NCBI GenBank assembly: GCA_964466335.1
Contig: CAYXSD010000002.1
Location: 33,238-97,237 of the forward strand
Reading direction: 5' to 3'
Length of the DNA: 64,000 bases
Source: an uncultured Spirochaetales bacterium
Lineage (GTDB): Bacteria > Spirochaetota > Spirochaetia > SPDA01 > CAYXSD01
Made by a program: the position numbers and the translations under genes. Of this stretch, positions 38,617-49,132 are shown one piece after another. A model generated the notes under the pieces. That model worked only from the letters and a program-made list of their open reading frames with translations, searched no databases and had not been told where the DNA came from. How positions within the stretch are numbered: the first letter of the stretch is position 1; each line of letters opens with the position of its first letter.

Positions 38617-41193
38617 ATGAATGAACAGGTAGAACAACTCTATACAGCCTTGAAAGATTTCACCCCTGGTGATCTGGTGGGAACAATAGAGATACAGGAA
38701 CAAATACAGACTATCCTTCAGGAGGCACCCCTCTCGCCTCAGCAGAAGGACCTGATAAAGAAAACCGATTCCTATCTCCAGGCAATGATAAAGAATGGAG
38801 CTGAAGAAGACGCTCTAAAAAAGATAGAAGGTATTGTCCAGGAGATGGAATCCCTCTTTAGTCCTCCCGCACCCAAGGAGGAGAAGGCCTCTGAAAAGGA
38901 GGAGCAGCAGGCGGTGGACGAGAGTGACCTGGAGGTCCTCTCTTCTTTCATGCTGGAGTCCAGAGACCATCTGGAAAATATCGAGGAAAAGATCCTCAAC
39001 CTGGAGAATGGGGAGGAACCCGATCTAGTAAATGATATTTTCCGTTCCATGCACACTATAAAGGGGGTGGCCTCATTTATAGGGCTTCATAAAATAAAAT
39101 CCCTCAGTCATTCCATGGAATCTGTTCTGGACAAACTCCGGGACAATGAAATAGAGATAAGTACGGACTTGGTGGACCTTCTTCTCTCCGGAGTTGATCT
39201 GCTCAATAAGATGCTTGCTGAACTGGACATACTCTCCCAGAAGGTACGATCTGAACCTGGAACTGTTAAAACCCTGGATTCCTCTCTGGATATCGAAGAG
39301 GTTGTCGGCCAGTTGGACACCATCTTTTACAAGGCAGAAGAGGGGGAGAGCTCCGTAGCCTTAGGCGAGGACGGTCAGGAACTTTTTACCCCGGAGATGC
39401 TGGAAAAATTTGTAGCGGAATCCTCGGACCTTCTCGATGCGGCAGAGGAGGCGGTCCTCGAACTGGAAAAGACACCGGAGGACCTTAGCCACATCGACAA
39501 TGCCTTTAGAAATATCCATACCATTAAAGGAAACGCCGGTTTCTTCGGCTATTCCTCCATAGAACGGCTCAGTATGGATATTGAGTCGGTAATGGACACG
39601 TTGCGAAAAAGAGAGAAGAAGGTAGAGCAGAATGTTATTACCGTCATTCTTGAAAGCATAGATGCCGTAAGGAAGGCATTACAGCATATCGGTCAACCTG
39701 AAGAAGCCGGCACGGAAACAGCGGAAGTGGAAGGCGAAGAAGGCATTACCGCTGAAACAGGCGCACCGGCAGCGGAGACCGGTGCCGTGTCAGCGAAGAA
39801 GAAGGCCCAAATAGATACTGATTATAGACCTTTAGGAGAGACCCTGGTGGAGATGGGGACTGTTAGTGAAGAAATGGTAGAAAAAGCCCTGCAGCGCCAG
39901 CAGAGACGGCTGGGAGAAATTTTGGTGGACCAGGGAGCGGTAAGCAAGGAAGATTTAACCTCCGCTTTAGCACAGCAGGGGAAGAAAAAGCCTGGTGAGG
40001 CAGATCAGTTTACCAATTACAAAACCACCCGCAAGGACATCCGGGTAGATACAGAGAAGTTGGATAGGCTCTTCGATCTTATGGGTGAGCTTATTACCTC
40101 CGAGGCTATGGTAATAGATAATCCGGATTTAGAAAATCACGATTTTGAAGGATTCAATACAGCAACGAACAACCTTTCAAAAATTACCAGAGAGATGCAG
40201 GAAATTACCATGACCATCCGGATGATTCCCCTGGAAGGACTCTTTAACAAGATGAGACGGCTTACCAGAGATCTCTCAAGGAAATTCGAAAAAAAGATCA
40301 ACTTGCATATACACGGCGCGGAAACCGAGATGGATAGGAATGTTATGGAAGAGATATCCGATCCTCTCGTTCATATTATTCGAAACTCCATTGACCATGG
40401 CATTGAACCACCCAAGACAAGAGAGGAGCGCGGGAAAGAAGAAGCGGGCAATATTTGGCTTTCCGCGAAATACGAGGGAAATGAGATCTGGATTACCATT
40501 CAGGATGATGGAGGAGGCCTGAAAAAAGAGAAGATACTTAAAAAGGCAGAGACCCAGGGAATCTTGAAGAGCGATCCCGCTTCCATGTCGGATAAGGAGA
40601 TCTGGAACCTCATTTTCGAACCTGGATTTTCTACGGCGGACAAGGTGTCCGAAATTTCCGGCAGGGGAGTGGGAATGGATGTGGTGAAGCGAAACATCGA
40701 GAAGCTTCGGGGAAAGATCGACATATCTTCGGAAGAAGCAAAGGGTACCGCGATCATCTTGAGAATCCCTCTAACATTGGCAATCATAGACGGAATTTCG
40801 CTAAAAGTAGGAAAACAACTCTTTGCTCTCCCCATAAACGATGTTATCGAGTTCTATAAAGCCGCGGCGGACCAGATTACAAAGACAGACAAGCAGGCTG
40901 AGGTCCTCACCCTGAGAAAGGAAATCCTTCCAGTGGTAAAGCTATTTAATGTCTACAGTTTGAAAACGGAAGTTACCTCAGTTTCTGAGGGTATTATGAT
41001 TGTAGCTTTTGCTGATGGTAAAAAGGCGGCCCTGATGGCGGATGAAATTGTTGGGTACCAACAGTTGGTGGTGAAGGCTCTGCCGGAGTACATGGGAGAT
41101 ATGAACGCCATATCCGGTTGCAGCATTATGGGCAACGGAGATGTCAATCTCATCATCGACACCAATGCTCTTGTGCAGCAGGTATTGGGATAA
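38617..41193 (+). CDS. cheA: Chemotaxis histidine kinase CheA with two tandem HPt (P1) domains
   Basis: Two HPt motifs are present: FRSMHTIKGVASFIG and FRNIHTIKGNAGFFG. A dimerisation domain follows. The HATPase_c motif is GNIWLSAKYEGNEIWITIQDDGGGL, and a C-terminal CheW-like P5 domain completes the protein. Confidence 0.85.
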   Translation: MNEQVEQLYTALKDFTPGDLVGTIEIQEQIQTILQEAPLSPQQKDLIKKTDSYLQAMIKNGAEEDALKKIEGIVQEMESLFSPPAPKEEKASEKEEQQAVDESDLEVLSSFMLESRDHLENIEEKILNLENGEEPDLVNDIFRSMHTIKGVASFIGLHKIKSLSHSMESVLDKLRDNEIEISTDLVDLLLSGVDLLNKMLAELDILSQKVRSEPGTVKTLDSSLDIEEVVGQLDTIFYKAEEGESSVALGEDGQELFTPEMLEKFVAESSDLLDAAEEAVLELEKTPEDLSHIDNAFRNIHTIKGNAGFFGYSSIERLSMDIESVMDTLRKREKKVEQNVITVILESIDAVRKALQHIGQPEEAGTETAEVEGEEGITAETGAPAAETGAVSAKKKAQIDTDYRPLGETLVEMGTVSEEMVEKALQRQQRRLGEILVDQGAVSKEDLTSALAQQGKKKPGEADQFTNYKTTRKDIRVDTEKLDRLFDLMGELITSEAMVIDNPDLENHDFEGFNTATNNLSKITREMQEITMTIRMIPLEGLFNKMRRLTRDLSRKFEKKINLHIHGAETEMDRNVMEEISDPLVHIIRNSIDHGIEPPKTREERGKEEAGNIWLSAKYEGNEIWITIQDDGGGLKKEKILKKAETQGILKSDPASMSDKEIWNLIFEPGFSTADKVSEISGRGVGMDVVKRNIEKLRGKIDISSEEAKGTAIILRIPLTLAIIDGISLKVGKQLFALPINDVIEFYKAAADQITKTDKQAEVLTLRKEILPVVKLFNVYSLKTEVTSVSEGIMIVAFADGKKAALMADEIVGYQQLVVKALPEYMGDMNAISGCSIMGNGDVNLIIDTNALVQQVLG

Positions 41194-41251
41194 ATTAAGA
41201 ATTACTCGGGATAGAATTGATTTCTTTCCCCGGGATGGCTATTTTCTGGGT

Positions 41252-44170
41252 ATGAAAAGACTGAACAGTAAAAGGATTCTCATAGTATTTACCATAACGG
41301 TGACTATCTTTTTCTCCACCGGGACTTCCACACTTTTTGCCGGAGGGAGACCGGAACCAGGTCTTTCCGCCCTCTCTTTTTCACAGAGTGGGTCTTCTTC
41401 GGAGGAGAGGGACAGACAGGAGAGTTTAGAACAGAAGATCCCCTTCCACTCCGACGTGGTAAAGGGTACCCTCGATAATGGTCTTACCTACTATGTACGA
41501 AACAACAATAAACCCCAGGGAAGACTGTTTCTTCGTTTGGTAATCGATGCCGGATCTATCCTGGAGAGGGATGGCCAGCGGGGTTTGGCCCATTTTACCG
41601 AACACATGGCCTTTAACGGAACAAAGAATTTCGAGAAAAAAGAACTTATCGATTACCTTGAATCGCTTGGTATGCGTTTTGGGCCGGATGTTAACGCTTA
41701 TACCGGATTCGATGAGACTGTGTATATGATCCAGGTCCCTGTGGATGAAGAGGGGGCGGTGGAAAATGCATTCCAGGTAATTAAGGATTGGGCAAGGGAC
41801 ATCAGTTTCGATGAAGAGGAGATCGAAAAGGAGCGGGGGGTCATTATTGAGGAGTGGCGTCAGGGGAGAGGAGCAGCAGCCCGTATGCGGGACAGTTACT
41901 TTCCCATTCTGTTTAAAAACTCCCGTTACGCGGAGCGGCTTCCCATCGGAAAAATGGATGTTATAAAAAATTTTGAGCCTGCCCTGTTGAAAGATTTTTA
42001 CAATACATGGTATCGCCCCAATCTAATGGCGGTGATGGTGGTAGGAGATCTCGGGTCCCGGGGATTAAATGGGATGGAGAATACAATAAGACAAACTTTT
42101 TCCTCCATTACGCTTCAGGAAACTGTAAAAGAACGACCTTACTACGAGGTCCCCGACCACAATGAAACATACTACGCCTTAGTCCAGGACCCGGAAACCC
42201 CAAATACCATTGTGCAGATTCTCTACAAGCACGATGTGAAGGCCCAAACTACCTATGGGGAATATCGCCGGGGAATGCTGATACGGCTGTTTAACTATAT
42301 GTTGAATCGACGACTCATGGAAAGGACAAAAGAGGAGGACCCGCCCTTTCTCTACGGATTTGCCGGCATGGGAAGGATGGTGAGAACAAAGTCGGTTTTC
42401 TCTCTCGGCGCTATGACTCCCGAGGGAGGAACTTTAAGGGGCTTGGAAGCTCTATCGGAAGAGGCGGAAAGGGCATTCCGTTTTGGGTTTACTCAAGGGG
42501 AATTGGAGAGGGGAAAGAAAGCACTCCTAAGTGCCGTGGAAGGTGCCTATAAGGACAGGGAAAACACCGAATCAATATCCCTGGCAAAGGAGTACACGAG
42601 AAATTATCTGGAAAATGAACCGGTGCCTGGAATTGAATGGGAGTATCGGTTCTATCAGAAATACCTCCCCCAGGTCAATCTCAAGGAGGTTGCCAAGCTT
42701 GGCACCTCCCTTATAACTGAGGAGAACAGAGTAGTTTTGGTGATGGGGCCTCAGAAAGAAGGATTTAAGCTTCCAACAGAGAAGGAATGTGCCTCAGTCT
42801 TGAAAGATGTGGAGGACCGGAAGATTCAACCCTATAAGGAAGACGACTCTCAAGGGGCCCTTCTACATGAAAAACCGGTTTCCTCAGCGGTGGTAAAGGA
42901 GAAAAGCTATCCAGAGATCGGTGTAACTGAATGGCAGCTGGAAAATGGAGCGACGGTTATTGTTAAATCTACCGATTTTAAGAATGATGAAATCCTCTTT
43001 TCAGCCTTTAGCCCCGGCGGAACTTCCGTGGTAGAGAAAGAGGAGTATATTTCTGCCGATCTCTCTCCCGGGCTGATAGAGGAGAGTGGTTTAAACGGCT
43101 TCAATGCCCTTGAATTGGAACGAAAGCTCAGTGGCGAGCGGGTTTCCTTGAATTCTTATATCTCAGGATTAACCGAGGGGTTTTCCGGAAAGGCCGCACC
43201 GGAGGACCTGGAAGTTCTCCTGTCCCTTCTCTATCTTCATTTTACCGATCCAAGAGAGGACAGGTCTGCTTTTAGAAACTATAAAAACAGATTAGTGGAA
43301 CTGATTAAGAATAGAAAGTCCCAACCGCAAACCGTCTTTCAGGACACCCTCAACGCCCTTCTAAGCGGAGACCATTACAGAAGCCGCCCCCTTAATGAAG
43401 AACGGCTTAAGGAATTTGAATTCGATAAAGCGTACAGCCTGTACAGAGATCGGTTCTCCGACGCTTCGGATTTTACCTTTTTCTTCGTAGGGAACCTGAA
43501 TCTCCATATCCTGCGTCCTTTAGTGGAACGTTATATCGGCGGCTTGCCTTCGGAACAGAGGAAAGAGCAGTGGAGAGATTTGGATATTGATCCCCCACAG
43601 GGTATCCTAAAGGAAACCATAGAGAAGGGAATAGAACCTAAAAGTCGGGTAGCGGTGGTTTTTCATGGGGAGCGAAAGTGGGCGAGAGAGGAGTCCTTTA
43701 CCCTTTCCGCTTTGGCGGAGGTTCTGGAAATTCGACTTCGGGAGGTTATCCGGGAGGAAGAGGGGGGGACCTACCATGTAGCCTCCCAGTCTTCTTTTTC
43801 GAAGTATCCTCAGGGGAGCTACTTTCTCTCTCTATCGTTTTCCTGCGATCCATCGCGGGTAGAAGAGTTAAAATCCAGGCTTTTTTCAACTCTGAGCTCT
43901 CTTAAGGAAAATGGACCTAATGGTACTATTCTGGAAAAGGTACGCGCCGCTTTTTCCCGGACCTTGGAGGAAAACCAGCGGAAAAACTCATATTGGCTTG
44001 GAGAATTGGAAAGGGCTTACCTTTACGATTTGTCTCCCGAGTCTCTTCTTGAGCGGAAGGAGTTTATTCAAGATCTCAGTGTGGATACAATAAAAAATGC
44101 CGCGGCTGAATATATACATATGGACCGTTATGTAGAGTTGGTCCTCTACCCGGAGAAAAAGGAAGAATAG
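41252..44170 (+). CDS. Secreted M16 family zinc peptidase with fused active and inactive halves (pitrilysin-like)
   Basis: The inverzincin motif HFTEHMAFNGT lies in the first half. A signal peptide follows M at 41252. The ORF-table start at 41141 overlaps cheA and is probably an over-extension. Confidence 0.7.
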   Translation: MKRLNSKRILIVFTITVTIFFSTGTSTLFAGGRPEPGLSALSFSQSGSSSEERDRQESLEQKIPFHSDVVKGTLDNGLTYYVRNNNKPQGRLFLRLVIDAGSILERDGQRGLAHFTEHMAFNGTKNFEKKELIDYLESLGMRFGPDVNAYTGFDETVYMIQVPVDEEGAVENAFQVIKDWARDISFDEEEIEKERGVIIEEWRQGRGAAARMRDSYFPILFKNSRYAERLPIGKMDVIKNFEPALLKDFYNTWYRPNLMAVMVVGDLGSRGLNGMENTIRQTFSSITLQETVKERPYYEVPDHNETYYALVQDPETPNTIVQILYKHDVKAQTTYGEYRRGMLIRLFNYMLNRRLMERTKEEDPPFLYGFAGMGRMVRTKSVFSLGAMTPEGGTLRGLEALSEEAERAFRFGFTQGELERGKKALLSAVEGAYKDRENTESISLAKEYTRNYLENEPVPGIEWEYRFYQKYLPQVNLKEVAKLGTSLITEENRVVLVMGPQKEGFKLPTEKECASVLKDVEDRKIQPYKEDDSQGALLHEKPVSSAVVKEKSYPEIGVTEWQLENGATVIVKSTDFKNDEILFSAFSPGGTSVVEKEEYISADLSPGLIEESGLNGFNALELERKLSGERVSLNSYISGLTEGFSGKAAPEDLEVLLSLLYLHFTDPREDRSAFRNYKNRLVELIKNRKSQPQTVFQDTLNALLSGDHYRSRPLNEERLKEFEFDKAYSLYRDRFSDASDFTFFFVGNLNLHILRPLVERYIGGLPSEQRKEQWRDLDIDPPQGILKETIEKGIEPKSRVAVVFHGERKWAREESFTLSALAEVLEIRLREVIREEEGGTYHVASQSSFSKYPQGSYFLSLSFSCDPSRVEELKSRLFSTLSSLKENGPNGTILEKVRAAFSRTLEENQRKNSYWLGELERAYLYDLSPESLLERKEFIQDLSVDTIKNAAAEYIHMDRYVELVLYPEKKEE

Positions 44171-44239
44171 AGGGTCTTTTACCAAGGATGGCAATTAGAA
44201 TGAGGCATTGTTGGGAATTCTGTACAACCTATAGTATTA

Positions 44240-46114
44240 ATGGTATATCTATGGTCAATGGCTAAAACAACATCAGCTAAGACAAAAACTGCTAGTAAAG
44301 CAAGCCCAAAAAAGTCATCGACAAAAACTGCTTCCAACGAATACGATGAGAGCAAAATAAAGACTTTAAGCTCTCTGGAGCATATTCGCCTGCGTACGGG
44401 AATGTACATTGGACGGCTGGGGGACGGCACCAATTTCGATGACGGGATCTATGTCCTTCTAAAGGAAGTAATCGATAACAGTATCGACGAATTCATAATG
44501 GGGCATGGTAAACAGATCCATGTCCAGGTTTCGGGAGATCTGGTAAAGGTAAGGGATTTTGGCAGGGGAATCCCCCTGGGGAAGGTTATTGAATGTGTTT
44601 CCATTATCAATACCGGGGCAAAGTACAACGACGATGTTTTCCAGTTTAGCGTAGGACTTAACGGTGTGGGTACAAAGGCGGTAAACGCCCTTTCTTCTAA
44701 GTTCCGAATCTTGAGTTTCCGGGATGGAAAGTACTTTGAATCGGTATTCCAGCAAGGCACCTTGAAGTCGAAACGAAACGGGAGGACATCTAAAGAGAAG
44801 GACGGGACCTACGTGGAGTTCCAGCCGGACCCGGAGATTTTTGGAGAATTTTCTTTTAATCCCGAGTTCATAGAACAGCGCCTCTGGAACTATGCGTACT
44901 TAAACAGCGGTTTAATCCTCTACTTCAACAAGCAGAAAATTGTTTCCCAAAACGGCCTTTACGATCTTCTCTACTCCGAGGTGGGAGATGATACCATTTA
45001 CGATATCGGTTTCTGCCGTCGGGAGCATCTGGAGTTTTCCTTTACCCATACCAGGAACTACGGAGAGTCCTACTTTTCCTTTGTAAACGGCCAGTTTACC
45101 AGCGACGGCGGGACCCACTTAAGCGCCTTTAAGGAGGGAATCCTTAAAGGAATCAATGAGTTCTTTAAGAAAAATTACGCCGCTATGGACGTTCGCGAAG
45201 GAATTGCCGGGGCCATTTCGGTTAAGCTGAAATCCCCCATCTTTGAAAGCCAGACGAAAAACAAATTGGGAAACACGGAGATCAGAAGTTGGATTGTTCA
45301 GGAAGTCCGTTCAGGGTTTGTCGATTTTTTGCACAAGAACAAAGAGGCTGCAAAGAAGCTGGAAGACAAGATAATTAACAACGAAAAGCTTAGGAAAGAA
45401 CTCAACGCGGTGAAGAAGGAGGCTAGGGAGGCAGCGAAAAAGATAGCAATAAAAATTCCCAACCTTAAGGACTGCAAATACCATCTCGGGGATAAAGACG
45501 GCGAGAATAGTATGATCTTTATAACCGAAGGCCAATCCGCCTCGGGGTCCATGGTCTCCAGCAGAGATGTCTACACTCAGGCGATCTTTTCATTACGGGG
45601 GAAGCCGCAAAACGTTTATGGAAAAAAACTCTCAGCCCTCTACAAGAACGAAGAGCTCTACAATATGATGATGGCCCTAGGGATCGAGAATGAAATTGAA
45701 AACCTCCGATACGGAAAGATCATTATTGCCACCGACGCGGATCATGACGGGTTTCACATCCGTAATCTCCTGCTTACCTTTTTCCTTAACTATTTCGAAG
45801 AGCTGGTCCTCGCCGGACGGATCTACATTCTGGAAACACCCCTGTTCAGGGTGCGGAACAAAAAGGAGACACGCTACTGTTACAACATTACCGAGCGGAA
45901 CGAGGCGGTAGAAGCCCTTTCCTCTCCTGAGGTAACTCGATTCAAGGGGCTCGGGGAAATATCCCCGAAAGAGTTCGGACAGTTCATTGGGGAAGATATG
46001 AGGCTTGTAGAGGTGAACGTGCGGTCTATTAAGCGAATGCAAAATACTCTGGAATTTTTCATGGGAAGAAACACTCCAGAGAGGCGAGAGTTTATTATGG
46101 AGAACCTTATCTAA
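44240..46114 (+). CDS. parE: Type IIA topoisomerase ATPase subunit, probably topoisomerase IV subunit B (ParE), with a Lys/Ser/Thr-rich N-terminal tail
   Basis: GHKL and transducer motifs (LRTGMYIG, DNSIDE) and a Toprim motif (ITEGQSASGS, DADHDG) are present. At 624 aa it is short, as in spirochaete ParE. Confidence 0.65.
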   Translation: MVYLWSMAKTTSAKTKTASKASPKKSSTKTASNEYDESKIKTLSSLEHIRLRTGMYIGRLGDGTNFDDGIYVLLKEVIDNSIDEFIMGHGKQIHVQVSGDLVKVRDFGRGIPLGKVIECVSIINTGAKYNDDVFQFSVGLNGVGTKAVNALSSKFRILSFRDGKYFESVFQQGTLKSKRNGRTSKEKDGTYVEFQPDPEIFGEFSFNPEFIEQRLWNYAYLNSGLILYFNKQKIVSQNGLYDLLYSEVGDDTIYDIGFCRREHLEFSFTHTRNYGESYFSFVNGQFTSDGGTHLSAFKEGILKGINEFFKKNYAAMDVREGIAGAISVKLKSPIFESQTKNKLGNTEIRSWIVQEVRSGFVDFLHKNKEAAKKLEDKIINNEKLRKELNAVKKEAREAAKKIAIKIPNLKDCKYHLGDKDGENSMIFITEGQSASGSMVSSRDVYTQAIFSLRGKPQNVYGKKLSALYKNEELYNMMMALGIENEIENLRYGKIIIATDADHDGFHIRNLLLTFFLNYFEELVLAGRIYILETPLFRVRNKKETRYCYNITERNEAVEALSSPEVTRFKGLGEISPKEFGQFIGEDMRLVEVNVRSIKRMQNTLEFFMGRNTPERREFIMENLI

Positions 46115-46115
46115 C

Positions 46116-48173
46116 ATGGCTTACGCGAAAAAACTCTTTCATACAAATTTTATAGAGTACGCCTCCTATGTTATTAAAGACCGGGCCATCCCCCATGTGG
46201 ATGACGGACTTAAACCGGTACAGCGGAGGATCCTTCATACACTCTTCGAGGTGGACGATGGAAAGTTTCACAAGGTAGCAAACGTGGTGGGGCATTGCAT
46301 GAAGTACCATCCCCACGGGGACGCATCCATATTTTCCGCCTTGGTGGTAGTAGCGAATAAGGAGTACTTTATTGACAAACAGGGAAACTTCGGAAATATA
46401 CTCACCGGAGACCAGCCCTCCGCGGCACGATATATCGAATGTCGTGTAAAACCTCTTGCGAAAACAGTACTGTACAATCCGGAGCTCACCGAATTTGACG
46501 CCTCCTACGACGGAAGGAATAAGGAACCTGTTACCTTTCCGGCAAAGATTCCGGTGGTCCTTATTCAAGGAGCGGAGGGGATCGCGGTAGGCATGTCCAC
46601 CCGGATCCTTCCCCACAACTTTAACGAGGTCCTAAACGCCATGATCGCGGCCTTAAAGGGAGAAGAATTTACCCTCTATCCAGATTTTGCTTCCGGAGGG
46701 TCACTGGATGTTTCGGAATACAAGGACGGGATGGGGAAGGTCCTGGTAAGAGCAAAACTGGACACATCAGATGAAAAACGAATTGTTATCCGGGAAGTCC
46801 CCTATAGTACCACAACAGAGAGCCTTATTAACTCCATTGAGGCGGCGGCGAAAAAGAATAAAATTAGGATAGCGGAGATAAACGACTATACCTCGGATGA
46901 AGTGGAAATTGAGATAAAACTTGCCCGCGGTATTTACTCCCAGGAGGTGGTGGACGCGCTTTACGCCTTTACCGACTGTGAGGTTTCCATATCGGTGAAT
47001 CTCCTGGTAATAAAAGAGACCAAACCCACATCCATGACGGTAACGGAGGTGGTGGAATATCACGCGGACCGACTGATGGAGATCCTTAAAAAGGAACTCC
47101 GTTTGGAGGAGGGACACCTCAAGGACAAACTCCATGCCCGCACCTTAGAGCGGATCTTTGTTGAAGAGAGAATTTACAAAGCCATCGAGGAGATGGACAC
47201 TCAGGAAAAGGTCCACAAGGCTGTTCTGGAGGGGTTTAAGCCCTTTGAAAAGGAGATCAAGAGGGAGATAACGGAGGAAGATCTGGAGCGGCTTTTAAGA
47301 ATTCCTATAAGACGAATTTCCCTCTACGATATTAATAAAGCTCGAAAGGAAATCGAAGAGATAGAAAATCGGCTAAAGGAAATCCGAAAACACCTAAAAA
47401 ACATCCTCGACTACGCTGTGGGGTTTCTAGGGGAGGTCAAGGAAGTATACGGGGATGCCTACCCGCGGAATACGAAGATCGTCTCTTTCGAGAAGGTCGA
47501 CGCGCGCGAGGCGGCTCAGCGGAACCTGACCCTTCGATACGATGGGCAAACCGGCTATTTGGGGTATGGTCTTAGCGGCGGAAAGGCCCTCTTTGAGGTT
47601 TCTCCCTACGACAGGGTGCTGGTTATCCGGAAAAACGGTATCTACTCGGTGATAGACGTACCGGAGAAACTCTTTGTAGATCGGGGTATGCTCTCCTGCG
47701 GATTAGCGGACAAGGAGAATCTGGATAAAACGATTTTTACGGTGGTCTACTTGGAAAAGGATACGAAGTTTCTCTATCTGAAGCGATGTAAGATCGAACA
47801 GTTTATTTTGGACAAGACATACCCCATTATCCCGGACCCTGAAAAATCAAAGATAGTTAAACTTACAACCCAGCAGAATATCGACTTAGAGGTGACGTAT
47901 AAGCCAAAGCCTCGAATCAAGGTATTGGAGGAGCGGTTTCATCTTCCCGATTTTATGATAAAGGGAGTAAAAGCCCAGGGGGTGAGGCTCTCTACCAAAG
48001 AAGTGGAGTCTGTTACTATCCAGTCTCCCAGAACAAAATCCTCTTCCCAAAGGCCATCGGAAAAGAAGGGAAGCAGCAGGGGAAAGTCCGGCAGCACCAA
48101 GTCCTGGGGCAGCAAGTCCGGCAGCACCAGGCCGAGGTCGAGTCGCAGCAAAAAGAAGAGCAAAGAGAAATAG
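46116..48173 (+). CDS. parC: Type IIA topoisomerase subunit A, probably ParC, with a reduced C-terminal domain and a basic S/K/R-rich tail
   Basis: The N-terminus reads DGLKPVQRRILHTLF. The active-site region around AARYIECRV includes the catalytic Tyr. It is only 685 aa and ends in a roughly 50-aa basic low-complexity tail. Confidence 0.65.
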   Translation: MAYAKKLFHTNFIEYASYVIKDRAIPHVDDGLKPVQRRILHTLFEVDDGKFHKVANVVGHCMKYHPHGDASIFSALVVVANKEYFIDKQGNFGNILTGDQPSAARYIECRVKPLAKTVLYNPELTEFDASYDGRNKEPVTFPAKIPVVLIQGAEGIAVGMSTRILPHNFNEVLNAMIAALKGEEFTLYPDFASGGSLDVSEYKDGMGKVLVRAKLDTSDEKRIVIREVPYSTTTESLINSIEAAAKKNKIRIAEINDYTSDEVEIEIKLARGIYSQEVVDALYAFTDCEVSISVNLLVIKETKPTSMTVTEVVEYHADRLMEILKKELRLEEGHLKDKLHARTLERIFVEERIYKAIEEMDTQEKVHKAVLEGFKPFEKEIKREITEEDLERLLRIPIRRISLYDINKARKEIEEIENRLKEIRKHLKNILDYAVGFLGEVKEVYGDAYPRNTKIVSFEKVDAREAAQRNLTLRYDGQTGYLGYGLSGGKALFEVSPYDRVLVIRKNGIYSVIDVPEKLFVDRGMLSCGLADKENLDKTIFTVVYLEKDTKFLYLKRCKIEQFILDKTYPIIPDPEKSKIVKLTTQQNIDLEVTYKPKPRIKVLEERFHLPDFMIKGVKAQGVRLSTKEVESVTIQSPRTKSSSQRPSEKKGSSRGKSGSTKSWGSKSGSTRPRSSRSKKKSKEK

Positions 48174-48190
48174 AGTAATAAAGGTGGTGT

Positions 48191-49084
48191 ATGAGCGTTG
48201 GCGGAATGGTAGTAACCGATATGGATGGTACGCTATTAGACGGCTCCTCCCGGTTAGGAGAGAGAGCTCGTGAAACGCTGGCCTTCTGTAAGGAGGAAGG
48301 AATCCTCCGTGCCGTTGCAACGGGAAGGAACCTCTACTCTGCCAGGAAGGTAATGGACCTTCGTTTTCCCGTGGATTACCTTATTTTCTCCTCCGGAGCG
48401 GGAATCATCCGCTGGGAGGACCAGCAGTTGATACACTCCGTCTCTCTGGAAGGAAAAGAAGTGGAGGAGATTTACTCTGTTCTTAGAGCGATAGGGCATG
48501 ATTTTATGGTCCATCATGCAGTACCGGAAAACCATCGGTTCTTTTATAGTAGGGCTGAAGAACGAAAATTTGAGGAGAATGATGATTTTTTCCGCAGGGT
48601 AGGGCATTACGCGGAATTTGCCTCTCCCCTGGATACCTTGGGACCTCCTAATGAAACAAGGCTCCCCCCTTCAGCAAGTCAATTCCTTGCTGTCTGTCCG
48701 CCTAAGGGGGACGGCAGGTACGATATGGACTACGAGAAACTTGTAGAAACCATACAAGAACACCTACCGAAATATACCGTAATCCGTACGACCTCACCTA
48801 TGGACCATGCATCACTATGGATCGAAATCTTTCCGGGGAAGGTTTCCAAAGGGCATGGGGCGGAATGGCTCCGTAATCTCCGGGGAATTGAAAAACATGC
48901 AACCCTGGGAATTGGAAACGACTATAACGATCTTCACCTTTTAGAGTGGGCCGCGACAGCCTATGTGGTGAAAAACGCACCGGCATCTCTTAAGGACCAG
49001 TATTCCGTAGTTGCTTCTAACGAGGAGGATGGTTTCGCCGATGCCGTTTCCCGCTGGCTGGTTGGGATGAAAAAGGACGGATGA
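48191..49084 (+). CDS. HAD superfamily hydrolase (Cof-like, subfamily IIB)
   Basis: N-terminal DxD motif VVTDMDGTLLD and C-terminal GIGNDYNDLHLLEWA. Confidence 0.65.
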   Translation: MSVGGMVVTDMDGTLLDGSSRLGERARETLAFCKEEGILRAVATGRNLYSARKVMDLRFPVDYLIFSSGAGIIRWEDQQLIHSVSLEGKEVEEIYSVLRAIGHDFMVHHAVPENHRFFYSRAEERKFEENDDFFRRVGHYAEFASPLDTLGPPNETRLPPSASQFLAVCPPKGDGRYDMDYEKLVETIQEHLPKYTVIRTTSPMDHASLWIEIFPGKVSKGHGAEWLRNLRGIEKHATLGIGNDYNDLHLLEWAATAYVVKNAPASLKDQYSVVASNEEDGFADAVSRWLVGMKKDG

Positions 49085-49132
49085 AAAACGAGTAATTGAC
49101 AGATTTCATAGGCGGGATTAATATAAAAATCC

